From positions 1-42,644 of IMG/VR virus record IMGVR_UViG_3300020045_009723: a stretch of DNA of 42,644 nucleotides; one strand, written 5' to 3'. A program made the position numbers and the translations under genes. Every line of letters begins with the position of its first letter. The stretch's first letter is position 1. Below the pieces are notes generated by a model, which searched no databases, was not told the origin of the DNA, and was given only the letters and a program-made list of their open reading frames with translations. Below are positions 25,484 to 35,213 of this stretch, piece by piece. Source of the DNA: a virus (Duplodnaviria > Caudoviricetes).

Positions 25484-27121
25484 ATGTATGAAATTTCAGA
25501 TTTATTTAAGGTGTATTTATCCCAGTTAGACAGACAGTTTGAAACGTTAGTTTTTATAGACGATGTACTTTACGATAACACTTCCGTGATTGATCTTACT
25601 ATTGAAGATAGCGTAATTGCATCTGAGGATTTTACGTTAGGGATTGTAAATTCTGCCAAGTTGTCAATATCCCTTAAAACTGAAGACGTAATAGTAGCTA
25701 ACGCCAAAATAGAACCATACGTACGAATGAATGGTGATGGAGGGTACACGGAATACCTCCCACTTGGTGTGTATTACGTTGATTCTAGGAATTTCCAAAA
25801 TCAGGTATGGAAATTTACGTGTTACGATAGATTGATTTTAACTCAGCAGGAATATATTTCTGCACTAACTTTTCCGGAAACAATGCAAAATGTATTTGAT
25901 GAAATATGCACACAATTAAGTTTTGTAGTAGATGACAGTGTTACAATAAATCCAACTTACATGTTTCCTTATAACCCTGTAGAATTGTTTACTATTCGTG
26001 AAATGTTAGGGTTTATCGCTTCTGCTCATAATTCAAGTGTAAAAATGACCAAAGATGGAAAATTGACTTTCGTTTCTTACTCAGCATCGGCAACATCTAC
26101 TGCGTTAATTGCTTCTGATTACTTTAAATGTAATGTAACCAACCATGTAAAAACATACACCAAACTCGTTGTTGTTTACAATACCGATGGTGAAACGTTA
26201 GAAGCTGGTAGTGGTAGCATAGAAAACACGTTAAGTGTTTACAATCCGTTTGCAACGCAGGATATAGTTGATGATGTATTTAGTGTAATTAATGGTTTGT
26301 CTTACGCACCAATTATTATGGATTGGCGTGGTAGGCCAGACGTGGAGGTAGGCGATGCTGTAGAAATTACTTTACGTGATTTGTCTGTTATAACAACTTT
26401 GTTGCTGACTAATAAATGCATGTACAAAGGTGGTCTGAAAGAAACTTCTACCGCCCCCGCCTACTCACCACAAAAGAGCGAATTTGACTATAAAGGCAGT
26501 ATAAAGCAACAAGCTGCAAACGCAATTAAACAGAATGATGTGTACTACGGAGTCACAATTGGAAGAAACAACGGGTTAAAAATAGAAAGATCAGATGGAG
26601 TAACAAAATCCACGTTCAACAGTGACAAGATAGAGATTACAAAGAATAACAATCCAGTTTTTTACGTAGACGCGGATGGCAATATTCGCGGAGACGGTAG
26701 TGGCTTGGATATTAGTGCAAACGAAAGCATAACAATCAAAGCCGATAAAACAGTTGTAGACGATCTTGGAAATACAGTTTCCGTTCATGCATCAACAATA
26801 ACTGCCTTGGACGACAAGATTACACTTGAGGTATCCAGGGTAGATACAGACGTGAACAACTTGCAATCGGATATGATCGACGTGAAAACCTACATGAGGT
26901 TTGACGAAAATGGTTTGGAAATAGGTAAGTCAGACAGTCCGTTGCAAATTACCATTAGCAATTCAGAGATGGATTTTTTAGATAGTGGTAAAGTTGTTGC
27001 TTACGTCAATGGCCAAAAAATGTACATTGACGCGTTGGAAGTGTTAAGTAGTTTGATTGTTGGTGCCCACAAAATAGAAAAATATGACGCTGACACAACG
27101 TTGGTTAGGTGGGTGGGGTAA
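25484..27121 (+). CDS. Tail tip / baseplate hub (Tal-like) protein
   Basis: PLGVYYVD, CYDRL, WRGRPDVEVGD; coiled coil then YMRFDENGLEIG. Confidence 0.8.
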   Translation: MYEISDLFKVYLSQLDRQFETLVFIDDVLYDNTSVIDLTIEDSVIASEDFTLGIVNSAKLSISLKTEDVIVANAKIEPYVRMNGDGGYTEYLPLGVYYVDSRNFQNQVWKFTCYDRLILTQQEYISALTFPETMQNVFDEICTQLSFVVDDSVTINPTYMFPYNPVELFTIREMLGFIASAHNSSVKMTKDGKLTFVSYSASATSTALIASDYFKCNVTNHVKTYTKLVVVYNTDGETLEAGSGSIENTLSVYNPFATQDIVDDVFSVINGLSYAPIIMDWRGRPDVEVGDAVEITLRDLSVITTLLLTNKCMYKGGLKETSTAPAYSPQKSEFDYKGSIKQQAANAIKQNDVYYGVTIGRNNGLKIERSDGVTKSTFNSDKIEITKNNNPVFYVDADGNIRGDGSGLDISANESITIKADKTVVDDLGNTVSVHASTITALDDKITLEVSRVDTDVNNLQSDMIDVKTYMRFDENGLEIGKSDSPLQITISNSEMDFLDSGKVVAYVNGQKMYIDALEVLSSLIVGAHKIEKYDADTTLVRWVG

Positions 27122-29052
27122 TGGCGAGTGGTAGTTTTGGGGCAACAACTGACAATGCGTATATATCTGGAACACTATCTTGGAGTTCGGTACCCAATAC
27201 TGAAGGTAATTATTCAGATGTTACTGCTGAGTTAAGGCTGTCAAGAACAAATAGTTATACTACGTATGGAACGGGTACGTGGTACTTGGATATTAACGGT
27301 ACACAAAATTCCAGATCTGCTGCCGTTTCTATTAGCTTAGATTCAAACACGTATATTATAAGTAACACAGTTAGGGTTTATCACACTGACGATGGCAGTA
27401 AGCAAATCAGCATTTCAGTTACTGGCGGTATTCCTGGTACTTCTTACACAGCAACTTATTGTAGCGGTACGGTATCACTGGATACAATCCCCAGAGCATC
27501 AACCATTACAACGTTTAACAACTTTACCATAGGTGATAATATTCCTGTGGTCCTGAACAGAAAGTCTGGTTCATTCACACAAGATATACATCTTTATGTA
27601 GGTTCAACATTTGTATGTGCTCGCACCAACGTAGCAGACAATTATACTTTGGTGTTAACTTCTGGTGAGCAGGACATAATTTATAACGCAACCCCTAATG
27701 GTACTTACATAGGTGTAGTTTTATATTGTTTAACTTACTCTGGTGGTGTTCAGGTAGGTTCAACCCAGAACAAAGTTGCTAATGCTTCTGTTGGAGTTTC
27801 AATCATACCTGACTTTACAACAATAACGTCTGCTGAAACAATAACAGCTGTCAGCACAAACGTTGGTCTGTTTGTCCAAAACCTGAGTAGAATATTATGC
27901 ACGATTACAGGTGCAGCAGGAATTAAAGGTTCTACTATTTCAAGTTATCAATTAAGTATAGATGGTGTAATCTATAATAGCAGTTCTGCAACTTCAGGTG
28001 CAATAAATAAAAGTGGCGATATTACGGTATCTGGTACGATTACGGATAGTAGAGGTAGAACTAAAACTAAAAACGTTACCGTGAATTTGTTAGCGTATTC
28101 TGTGCCAAGCATTGCTGGGTTTAATGTAACGAGGGCTAATTCTGATGGTTCAGACAACCCTATGGGAACGTATGCCAAGGTTGCAAGTTCAGGGAGTGCG
28201 CAAAGTTTAATCAACTCAGTGGAGAAAAACACTCTTACTTACAAAATATACTCTCGAGTCAGGGGTACATCAGATTGGGGCGCAGCTAAGAAAACGGAAA
28301 CAATTAGTGGTTTAACATTAAGTGTATCAGATGATCTATTCAGCGGTTACACAGCAACATCGTCGTACGACTTTAGGTTAGACATACTAGATAAGTTCAA
28401 TACTGCGTTGTCTGTAGACGTCCTCCCTACTGGCCAAGTTACAATGTCTTGGGGTAACAACGGTGTAGGCGTAGGTAAGGTACACGAACAGGGTGGGTTA
28501 GATGTTTCAGGAGCTGTTTACGAAGACGGGGAGCGGTTAAAGCAGTGGGAACCAGGGGATATAAAAATTACCGCTTTGGTGAACGCTTCTAGTGGGTGGT
28601 TGTTGTGTAATGGTGCTGCGGTATCCAGAACAACGTACGATGCTCTGTTCGCAGCTATCAGTACTACCTACGGAGCAGGTGATGGTAGTACCACCTTTAA
28701 TGTGCCAAATCTTAAAGGTAGGGTGCCAGTTGGTTTGGATTCTGGACAAACAGAATTTGATTCGTTAGGGGAAACTGGAGGAGCAAAAACACACACCCTT
28801 GCATCTGCTGAAATGCCTATTCATACGCATACGCAAGATGCTCACGTTCATGAGCAGAATGTGTCAGCAAATCCGTCTTCTGGTGGAAATGGAATTAGGC
28901 AGGATTACGATGCTGATGTGGTTGGCGCTAGCGCTTATACTCAAGGAATCAATACTCAAAGTGCTACAGCTACCAACCAAAATTCAGGCAGTGGTGGGGC
29001 ACACAATAACTTGCAACCATATATTACTTTAAATTTCATCATTAAATACTAA
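27121..29052 (+). CDS. Minor tail/fibre protein (DUF859-like) with tail collar domain
   Basis: H.DDGSK, LDTIPRAS, TDSRGR; GWLLCNGAAVSRTTYDALFAAI..TYGAGDGSTTFNVPNLKGR; AHNNLQPYITLNFIIK. Confidence 0.88.
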   Translation: MASGSFGATTDNAYISGTLSWSSVPNTEGNYSDVTAELRLSRTNSYTTYGTGTWYLDINGTQNSRSAAVSISLDSNTYIISNTVRVYHTDDGSKQISISVTGGIPGTSYTATYCSGTVSLDTIPRASTITTFNNFTIGDNIPVVLNRKSGSFTQDIHLYVGSTFVCARTNVADNYTLVLTSGEQDIIYNATPNGTYIGVVLYCLTYSGGVQVGSTQNKVANASVGVSIIPDFTTITSAETITAVSTNVGLFVQNLSRILCTITGAAGIKGSTISSYQLSIDGVIYNSSSATSGAINKSGDITVSGTITDSRGRTKTKNVTVNLLAYSVPSIAGFNVTRANSDGSDNPMGTYAKVASSGSAQSLINSVEKNTLTYKIYSRVRGTSDWGAAKKTETISGLTLSVSDDLFSGYTATSSYDFRLDILDKFNTALSVDVLPTGQVTMSWGNNGVGVGKVHEQGGLDVSGAVYEDGERLKQWEPGDIKITALVNASSGWLLCNGAAVSRTTYDALFAAISTTYGAGDGSTTFNVPNLKGRVPVGLDSGQTEFDSLGETGGAKTHTLASAEMPIHTHTQDAHVHEQNVSANPSSGGNGIRQDYDADVVGASAYTQGINTQSATATNQNSGSGGAHNNLQPYITLNFIIKY

Positions 29053-29081
29053 ACAAATACTAAACTGAAGGAGGAATTAAA

Positions 29082-29726
29082 ATGGCAAAAACTAGGGGCG
29101 ATTTATTGAGATCAGACAAAAACGTGTTGGTGGGTAAGAATCAAACGTACGCACTTCTGGTAGATGCTAGTAGAAATGCGGTACTTGATGGAAGTGGAAA
29201 CGAACAATTAGCAGACTTGGAGGTGGTTGCTGGTAGGCTTCAGGTTTGTGCATCGTTAATTGGTAGTACAGGTAGTAATCGTGCACTCAATACCAGACCT
29301 GATGATACCACGGCCTACACGGCTGGTGATGTTATAGGCACATTTACTTTTACCGACATACTTGACACAGCAGGGCAACGCTTCTGCATCAATGCAATTA
29401 GCTTGCTGATTTACGCCGCGGCGTTACCGTCCGGTATGACGACATTCAGGGCAAGGGTGTACAATGCTGCTCCAACAGCGTTAGCGGACAATGCGCCTTG
29501 GGTGCTTGCTGATGCTGATAGAGCGTCTTATCAGGGATACATTGATATTACGGCTACCGTGGAGGATATGGGCGGTACGTTAGGTTGTCAACACATGTCT
29601 GATGGTGTACTACTTGAGGGCAAGGGCGCAACGGGTAGCCGTGATTTGGTGGTTCAACTTGTGACGAATACCGCGTGGACACCGACTGCGTTGACTGTAA
29701 AAGACTTAGGACTGAATCTTGTTTAA
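29082..29726 (+). CDS. Putative virion/tail accessory protein
   Basis: AAGGAGG SD; RPDDTTAYTAGDVI; beta-rich. Confidence 0.65.
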   Translation: MAKTRGDLLRSDKNVLVGKNQTYALLVDASRNAVLDGSGNEQLADLEVVAGRLQVCASLIGSTGSNRALNTRPDDTTAYTAGDVIGTFTFTDILDTAGQRFCINAISLLIYAAALPSGMTTFRARVYNAAPTALADNAPWVLADADRASYQGYIDITATVEDMGGTLGCQHMSDGVLLEGKGATGSRDLVVQLVTNTAWTPTALTVKDLGLNLV

Positions 29727-29738
29727 GGGGGTGGATTT

Positions 29739-31373
29739 ATGCTAATAGGCGGTAAAAAGTTAGCTGTGATAAAGCCATCCTCAACTCTCCCTCTCGGCAA
29801 CGTCGCTGAATATCGCATGCAAAGTGCTAATATGCTTAAGTATTCGGAAGATTTTAGCAATGCGGTGTGGACCAAGGCTTCCGGGTGTACGGTGATAGGC
29901 AAGGAAATTACCACGACAATAACGACAAACTATTTTTACCAAACGTTTAGCGTTGTTGCAGGTTTAACTTATTCTATCCGGTTTAAATCTACAGCAGGAA
30001 CGGCGGTTTCGCCGACTTATAGATTGTACGATGCAAGCAACACCACTTTTATCATAGGTGCAACAGGCTATACCGTAGGTGATACAGTTTCAATTACTGT
30101 TACTGCTCCGGCAGGTTGTACATCTATTCGCGCCTATCCTGTGTTTAACGTGGGGACAATCGGCACGATTACAATCTCAGAAATACAGGCAAGCTTAGGT
30201 GCTGTGCTTCCAACCTACGAAAAAACCACAGACCTGCAGTCCATCTGGAACAGCAAGCTGAGTCAAATGGCTGTGAGCAATTTGGCTTTGTGTGGTAATT
30301 TCGCTTTGGATACTAATGCTGATGGGGTGGCAGATAACTGGTCAATTAGCGGGTCTACCTCGGCAAAATCGGTAGCTAATAATATTCAGAGCTTTACTGC
30401 TAGCGCACAAAACACGTTTTTAAGACAAATTCTAACAAGAGTAGTAGGGCATAAATATTTTTATGCGGTATGGGTAAAGGCTGGCAGTAATTTAGTGATG
30501 CTCAATAATGGGGTAAGTGCATGTACTCACTCAGGAAGCGGTAATTTTGAAAGGCTATGGTATATCGATACCGCGCCAAATACGGGTAGCCCTTCACTAA
30601 GTCTCTACGATACTAGGGCATCAGGATGGACAGAAATACAGGTCAAAGAAGCTGTAAACATTGACCTCACCGATTTATTCGGCGCAGGATTCGAACCAAC
30701 ATTAGCACAATGTGGCAAGATGTTTGCTAATGGGTTTGACGGTACGCAAAACATGATGCTGCCCAAATACAATGGCTACAACGGTAGTACTTCTGCTCCT
30801 ACAGGTGATGTGAACGATTTTGTATGGCAGGGTGATAAGGCTAGTCCTACCGTGTCGCAATATGGTAAATTGCCGTACACGATTGATGTTAATAGCGATT
30901 TTACATTGTACGCGGTTGTGTACATAAATCCATCTGCTCCTGCTAGTTCAGAGGCTTACTGGAGTTTCGGAAATTCTGGTGTATCTACTCAGTATTTATA
31001 CTTGTCACGTTCTACGACTGGCAATTTAGTTGTTTCTACGATTAACGATGCAGGTGCAAACGATGGCACAACGTCAATAGCTGGAGGTTCTTTAATAAGC
31101 GGTGTTAGATTGTTGAAAGTGCAAGTAAAAAGCGGTAAATTGACTTTAAAAGATGTTGGTGGAAGTCAAATATCTAATGAAACTACTTTGTCTGGTACTA
31201 GGACTTTTAATCAATTAAGTATAGGCGCATTAGTTAGGGCTACCGCAAGTCTTTACACTAACCAACCTATTTATTCTATCGTTCAATACCCCTTCGCAAC
31301 CTCCGAATCCTATGACAAACAAGTCCTACGTGCTGAACGGAAAAGGCTCAAAGCTTGGGGGGTGACGCTATGA
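29739..31373 (+). CDS. Putative receptor-binding protein with tandem carbohydrate-binding-like and LamG-like domains
   Basis: NMLKYSEDFSNAVW, NLALCGNF..D.NADG.ADNW, IDLTDLFGAGFEPT, and a C-terminal beta-sandwich. Confidence 0.65.
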   Translation: MLIGGKKLAVIKPSSTLPLGNVAEYRMQSANMLKYSEDFSNAVWTKASGCTVIGKEITTTITTNYFYQTFSVVAGLTYSIRFKSTAGTAVSPTYRLYDASNTTFIIGATGYTVGDTVSITVTAPAGCTSIRAYPVFNVGTIGTITISEIQASLGAVLPTYEKTTDLQSIWNSKLSQMAVSNLALCGNFALDTNADGVADNWSISGSTSAKSVANNIQSFTASAQNTFLRQILTRVVGHKYFYAVWVKAGSNLVMLNNGVSACTHSGSGNFERLWYIDTAPNTGSPSLSLYDTRASGWTEIQVKEAVNIDLTDLFGAGFEPTLAQCGKMFANGFDGTQNMMLPKYNGYNGSTSAPTGDVNDFVWQGDKASPTVSQYGKLPYTIDVNSDFTLYAVVYINPSAPASSEAYWSFGNSGVSTQYLYLSRSTTGNLVVSTINDAGANDGTTSIAGGSLISGVRLLKVQVKSGKLTLKDVGGSQISNETTLSGTRTFNQLSIGALVRATASLYTNQPIYSIVQYPFATSESYDKQVLRAERKRLKAWGVTL

Positions 31374-31534
31374 AACCAAACGTCATAGACACATCAAAGC
31401 TAACAAAGGCAGAACGCATCGAAGCGTTCAAGATGCCGAAAAATATTAAGCTCAAAAAAGACAAGGACAAATGGAAACATGACACGCGGAAGGAAATTAT
31501 CTTGACGCACTTTCCAAGCGAGGTGATACTGTGA
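31370..31534 (+). CDS. 54-aa basic protein (not in the ORF track)
   Basis: GGGGGTG SD; ATGA and GTGA overlaps on both sides. Confidence 0.6.
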   Translation: MKPNVIDTSKLTKAERIEAFKMPKNIKLKKDKDKWKHDTRKEIILTHFPSEVIL

Positions 31535-31800
31535 TACTACTTTTTGCAAGCAAGCTAGAAGCAGACACCCTGTTAAAACAAAATCCCGTTCTACCTTTTT
31601 CGGGGATGATTTTGTGGGCAGGGAGCGCGAATCCGCAGTTTAACTTCGACAGCGAAATCAGTGTAGTAAGCTACTTAGAGGGTGCTGACGGTCGGTGCGC
31701 CATGCAGGTGTACTTGGACGAATTGGACGCTGATTGGCTTGTTGCACAGGGATTTACTTTGGTGGAGAGTTTGCCGAGCGATTGGGTGTATAAGGAGTAA
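31531..31800 (+). CDS. Hypothetical protein (tail-fibre-associated)
   Basis: GAGGTG SD; ends LVESLPSDW. Confidence 0.65.
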   Translation: MILLFASKLEADTLLKQNPVLPFSGMILWAGSANPQFNFDSEISVVSYLEGADGRCAMQVYLDELDADWLVAQGFTLVESLPSDWVYKE

Positions 31801-31842
31801 CCTACAAATAAATAAAGAAACGTAAAGAAAGGGGTAGCAACG

Positions 31843-32031
31843 TTGGAAGGTGATAACACTTGCAAAGATCACAGTGGTTGTGTGGCTGAAATAAATAGCC
31901 TCAAGATTGAGAACAAAGAGCAGTGGGATAAGATCAATGTCATAATTGTTGCTTTAAACACTAGACTTCCAATCTGGGCAACATTTCTTATCGCACTGCA
32001 AACAGGTGCAATTGGTTGGTTAGTAAAGTAG
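31843..32031 (+). CDS. Putative holin/XhlA-like membrane protein
   Basis: Coiled coil plus C-terminal TM segment; directly before the endolysin. Confidence 0.6.
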   Translation: MEGDNTCKDHSGCVAEINSLKIENKEQWDKINVIIVALNTRLPIWATFLIALQTGAIGWLVK

Positions 32032-32053
32032 GGTGTGAAAGGATTGAAAAGCA

Positions 32054-32704
32054 ATGTGGGAAAATGTTAATCAATTAGGAAAAGTCAATTTTTTAGTAAT
32101 TCATCATTCCGTTTCGGGAGATGTTTCTGCTGCAACTATTAATGACTGGCATTTAAAAAATGGCTGGGCAGGAATCGGGTACCATAAAGTTGTTAGAGCA
32201 AATGGTGTAGTTGAAGAAGGACGTCCCGTGAGTCTGCAGGGAGCTCACTGTTTAGGCTTGAATAACCAGTCAATAGGTATTTGTCTAACGGGTAATTTCT
32301 CTGCCACACCTCCACCTGCAGATCAGTTAAGCGGGTTGATCAACTTAATTAAGACGTTAAAAATGTTATATCCTGATGCCGATGTAATTGGCCACAGTGA
32401 AGCCGTTCTAGTTAGTGGTGATGCTTCTCCAACCGAATGCCCTGGCGACGCTTTTTCAATGAATAAATTGAGGGAAATGATCAAGGAAAAACCACAAGGC
32501 CCTGCATACCCTGAGTACATTATGGACACTTCAACTCCTCACCCGGACGAAAACGTTAAGGTTATTCAACGCAGGTTGGGAATTCTTGACGATGGGTGGT
32601 TCGGTCCGATAACTGATCGCACAGTAAGAAACTACCAAGCAGCAAATGAACTGGATGACGACGGCAGGGTAGGCCCGTTAACTTGGGCCAAATTATTTAA
32701 TTAA
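32054..32704 (+). CDS. Endolysin: N-acetylmuramoyl-L-alanine amidase (Amidase_2) plus PG-binding domain
   Basis: LVIHHS, GWAGIGYH, GAHC.G.N..SIGICLTGNF, GHSE...TECPG; DGWFGP.T..VRNYQ..DGRVGPLTW. Confidence 0.95.
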   Translation: MWENVNQLGKVNFLVIHHSVSGDVSAATINDWHLKNGWAGIGYHKVVRANGVVEEGRPVSLQGAHCLGLNNQSIGICLTGNFSATPPPADQLSGLINLIKTLKMLYPDADVIGHSEAVLVSGDASPTECPGDAFSMNKLREMIKEKPQGPAYPEYIMDTSTPHPDENVKVIQRRLGILDDGWFGPITDRTVRNYQAANELDDDGRVGPLTWAKLFN

Positions 32705-32710
32705 AAGGAG

Positions 32711-32941
32711 GTGACGAACGTGGATAACACAAAACATTGGTGGGAATCAAAAACCATAATCGGAGCATTGGTTGCAATCTTTTCTTCAATTCTTGGTTTT
32801 ATAGGGTTTTCTGTTGAACCCGAAATGCAAACAGAATTCGCCGATCTAGTTGTAACACTAATTTCCGTAATTGGTGGATTGATCGCAATTTGGGGTAGAG
32901 TGAAAGCTGGCAAATCAATCAAATCGGGTAAAAATTACTAA
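32711..32941 (+). CDS. Holin (2 TM)
   Basis: KHWWESKTI, two hydrophobic helices, IWGRVKA. Confidence 0.8.
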   Translation: MTNVDNTKHWWESKTIIGALVAIFSSILGFIGFSVEPEMQTEFADLVVTLISVIGGLIAIWGRVKAGKSIKSGKNY

Positions 32942-32949
32942 AATAGATT

Positions 32950-32975
32950 CGGAGGGCATTTGCTCTCCGTTTCTT
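32950..32975 (+). terminator. Intrinsic terminator ending the late region
   Basis: CGGAGGGCA-TT-TGCTCTCCG-TTTCTT. Confidence 0.8.
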
Positions 32976-33010
32976 AGTTTACGCAGCTAAACGACCATAA
33001 AATTAGGGTA

Positions 33011-33039
33011 TTTACAGATCACAAACCGTATGGTATAAT
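33011..33039 (+). promoter_or_regulatory. SigmaA-type promoter of the replication operon
   Basis: TTTACA-N17(ending TGG)-TATAAT. Confidence 0.85.
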
Positions 33040-33105
33040 GACAAAGATGCAGATTTGCACATGATGTGCACAAATTAGTATAGTAGAAAAGGGAGATGTT
33101 AGCGA

Positions 33106-33756
33106 ATGAAAAATGAAACACAAAGAACAGTAAGGCTGGCGGAACTGACGTCAGAGTATGAACAAAAAACCACAAAGGTGTTGCTCGAGATAGCAAAAGA
33201 GTTGGACATTTCTGGTAGGCACGATATGAAAAAGATGGATTTAGTTCGCAAAATAGTAATGAAGTATATCTCACCTTTCGATTCAAAAAGTGTGCTGTTA
33301 GAAGAAGATGCTCGCGTTGACGTAGTTAATCAGGATACTGCAGATAGAATTGGTGCAATCCAAACTGAATTAAGTGAAGCAGAGTTAAGTGAAGCAGAGC
33401 TGGACGAAATATTTGCAGAAGAATCCGTAGAAACTAAGATTGCTATGGAGGCGAAAGACGTGAAAGTTCAGTGGGACAACAACTCGTCTACCGAACTTTA
33501 CCCTGGTACAGAACGTATTTCCAAGACACGCTCTTCATACGTTTCTAACGCCCAGGTTGGTCAGTTGGTTGCTTTTAAGGTATCCGAAACTAAAGTGATA
33601 AGTGCAATGGTCAAAGAGGTTCACCCGGATTTTATGATCGTGGAAACGAAAAACGGTATCAGATTTAAAGTTGTCAATTCCAATATCGTTTGGGTAAAAA
33701 CTGGGCCCCGTTGGCCGCGCGGCATTTACTTGGCTTTGCGAGGTACAAATGAGTAA
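33106..33756 (+). CDS. Protein with N-terminal Rho-N/HeH motif and C-terminal SH3-like domain
   Basis: LLEIAKELDISGRHDMKKMDLVRKI; VGQLVAFK...IVETKNG.RFKV. Confidence 0.7.
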   Translation: MKNETQRTVRLAELTSEYEQKTTKVLLEIAKELDISGRHDMKKMDLVRKIVMKYISPFDSKSVLLEEDARVDVVNQDTADRIGAIQTELSEAELSEAELDEIFAEESVETKIAMEAKDVKVQWDNNSSTELYPGTERISKTRSSYVSNAQVGQLVAFKVSETKVISAMVKEVHPDFMIVETKNGIRFKVVNSNIVWVKTGPRWPRGIYLALRGTNE

Positions 33757-34267
33757 CACACCAGAATCGTTAATAGTTGCAATCAAATCATTCGAGGCAG
33801 ATGCGCAGGCTTTAAAAGCCAAAGCTGATGCGTTGAGAGGTAAATTGCAACTATATTTTGATAAACACCCGAAAGTTAAATCAGTTGAGGCACCAGCAAT
33901 TGGCAGTGATACATCCAAGGAGGATGCGATCATTTCGTATATTGCATCTAAAGTAGAAAAAGCGACTATCATTTATGATCTTGACGCTTTGCGGGAAAAT
34001 ATGACTTCGGAGTTATATAATGAGATAACAAATAAACAGTACACAGTGCCCAACATGCCTGCATTAATTAAGTTATTGAAGGAAAATGGTGTTAAACCTG
34101 CAGACTTCAAAAAACTTATATCGTCCAACGTTTCGCTTGATACGGACGCCTTGAACCAATTGTATTCCGTTGGTGATATAACTCCGAAAATGATTGCTGG
34201 GTGTTATACGGCAACTATCACAAAGAGTATACAAATTCGTACCAAGAAACGAGGCGTTAAAGATTGA
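33749..34267 (+). CDS. Hypothetical protein (replication module)
   Basis: 172 aa, overlaps both neighbours. Confidence 0.7.
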   Translation: MSNTPESLIVAIKSFEADAQALKAKADALRGKLQLYFDKHPKVKSVEAPAIGSDTSKEDAIISYIASKVEKATIIYDLDALRENMTSELYNEITNKQYTVPNMPALIKLLKENGVKPADFKKLISSNVSLDTDALNQLYSVGDITPKMIAGCYTATITKSIQIRTKKRGVKD

Positions 34268-35213
34268 GTTTAAACCAAATGGCAAGGACTTGGCAAAAAT
34301 CCTCCATTATTATGGTTTGCTCGAAGGTGACTCGGAATTCAAACTAGTTTGCCCGTTTCACGATGACATAAATGCCAGCATGAAAGTTGATATTGTATCA
34401 GGTTCATTTTATTGTTTTGGTTGTACAGTATCAGGCGATGCACTTACATTTGTAAAATTGGTAAACAAACGCCTTTCTGAGTTAGATGCGTGCAAACTGT
34501 ATTTTAAGATTCTACGAAGTAAAAAAGTTAAAAGATTGAAACTCAAAACTGTAACAAGGACTAAGCGACGCGAAATAGATTTGCATGCATTAACAATTGC
34601 AGAAGATTACTATTTCGGGTTAAAGGCAGTGGATTGGTCAGAAGATCAGAGCCCAGAAAAGCAGTACATGGTTCAACGTGGGTTTAACGTTAAATCATTA
34701 ACTATGTGCCAAGCTAAACTTAGTTACAATCCGCATTACCCATTGATCTTCCCAATGTTTGACATGGGGGAATTTAAAGGCTGGGTATGCAGGACCACCA
34801 TGAAATCAATAGAGAAGAAACGTAAGTACTTGTACAACGATGGCTTTAGTCGAAGCAATACTTTAGTTGGCAACTATAATTCAAAAGTAGTTGTTCTCGT
34901 AGAAGGTTACATGGATATGGTTAAAATGCAAATGTTCGGATTGAAAAACGTAGCAGCCATTCTTGGGTGGAAAATAACGCAGCAACAGATTGATAAACTT
35001 AAAAAGAATGGAGTAACTACAGTAATTTCTGCATTGGACAATGATCTTTGCGGAAACAAAGGAACTCAGTATTTGAAGAATTATTTCTCAGTAGTTAGGT
35101 TCCAGTTTCCAACTGGTGTTAAGGACCCTGGGGACATGAACCAAAAGTTATTTAATAGATCATTTAGGCGTACTAAGAAATTATATAGGGGGCACAAACA
35201 TGGGATTGGTTGA
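34263..35213 (+). CDS. dnaG: DNA primase (CHC2 zinc finger plus TOPRIM); start uncertain
   Basis: CPFHDD..ASM...FYCFGC; KYLY; VLVEGYMD; ALDNDLCG; KDPGD. Confidence 0.9.
   Translation: MEFKPNGKDLAKILHYYGLLEGDSEFKLVCPFHDDINASMKVDIVSGSFYCFGCTVSGDALTFVKLVNKRLSELDACKLYFKILRSKKVKRLKLKTVTRTKRREIDLHALTIAEDYYFGLKAVDWSEDQSPEKQYMVQRGFNVKSLTMCQAKLSYNPHYPLIFPMFDMGEFKGWVCRTTMKSIEKKRKYLYNDGFSRSNTLVGNYNSKVVVLVEGYMDMVKMQMFGLKNVAAILGWKITQQQIDKLKKNGVTTVISALDNDLCGNKGTQYLKNYFSVVRFQFPTGVKDPGDMNQKLFNRSFRRTKKLYRGHKHGIG

Noticed and set aside
27121-31373. Diversity-generating retroelement or invertible tail-fibre cassette
   Set aside because: No reverse transcriptase, invertase or template/variable repeat pair found.
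33367-33402. Tandem 15-bp repeat (GARTTAAGTGAAGCA)
   Set aside because: It is an in-frame coding duplication (ELSEA-ELSEA) in a linker, not an array.
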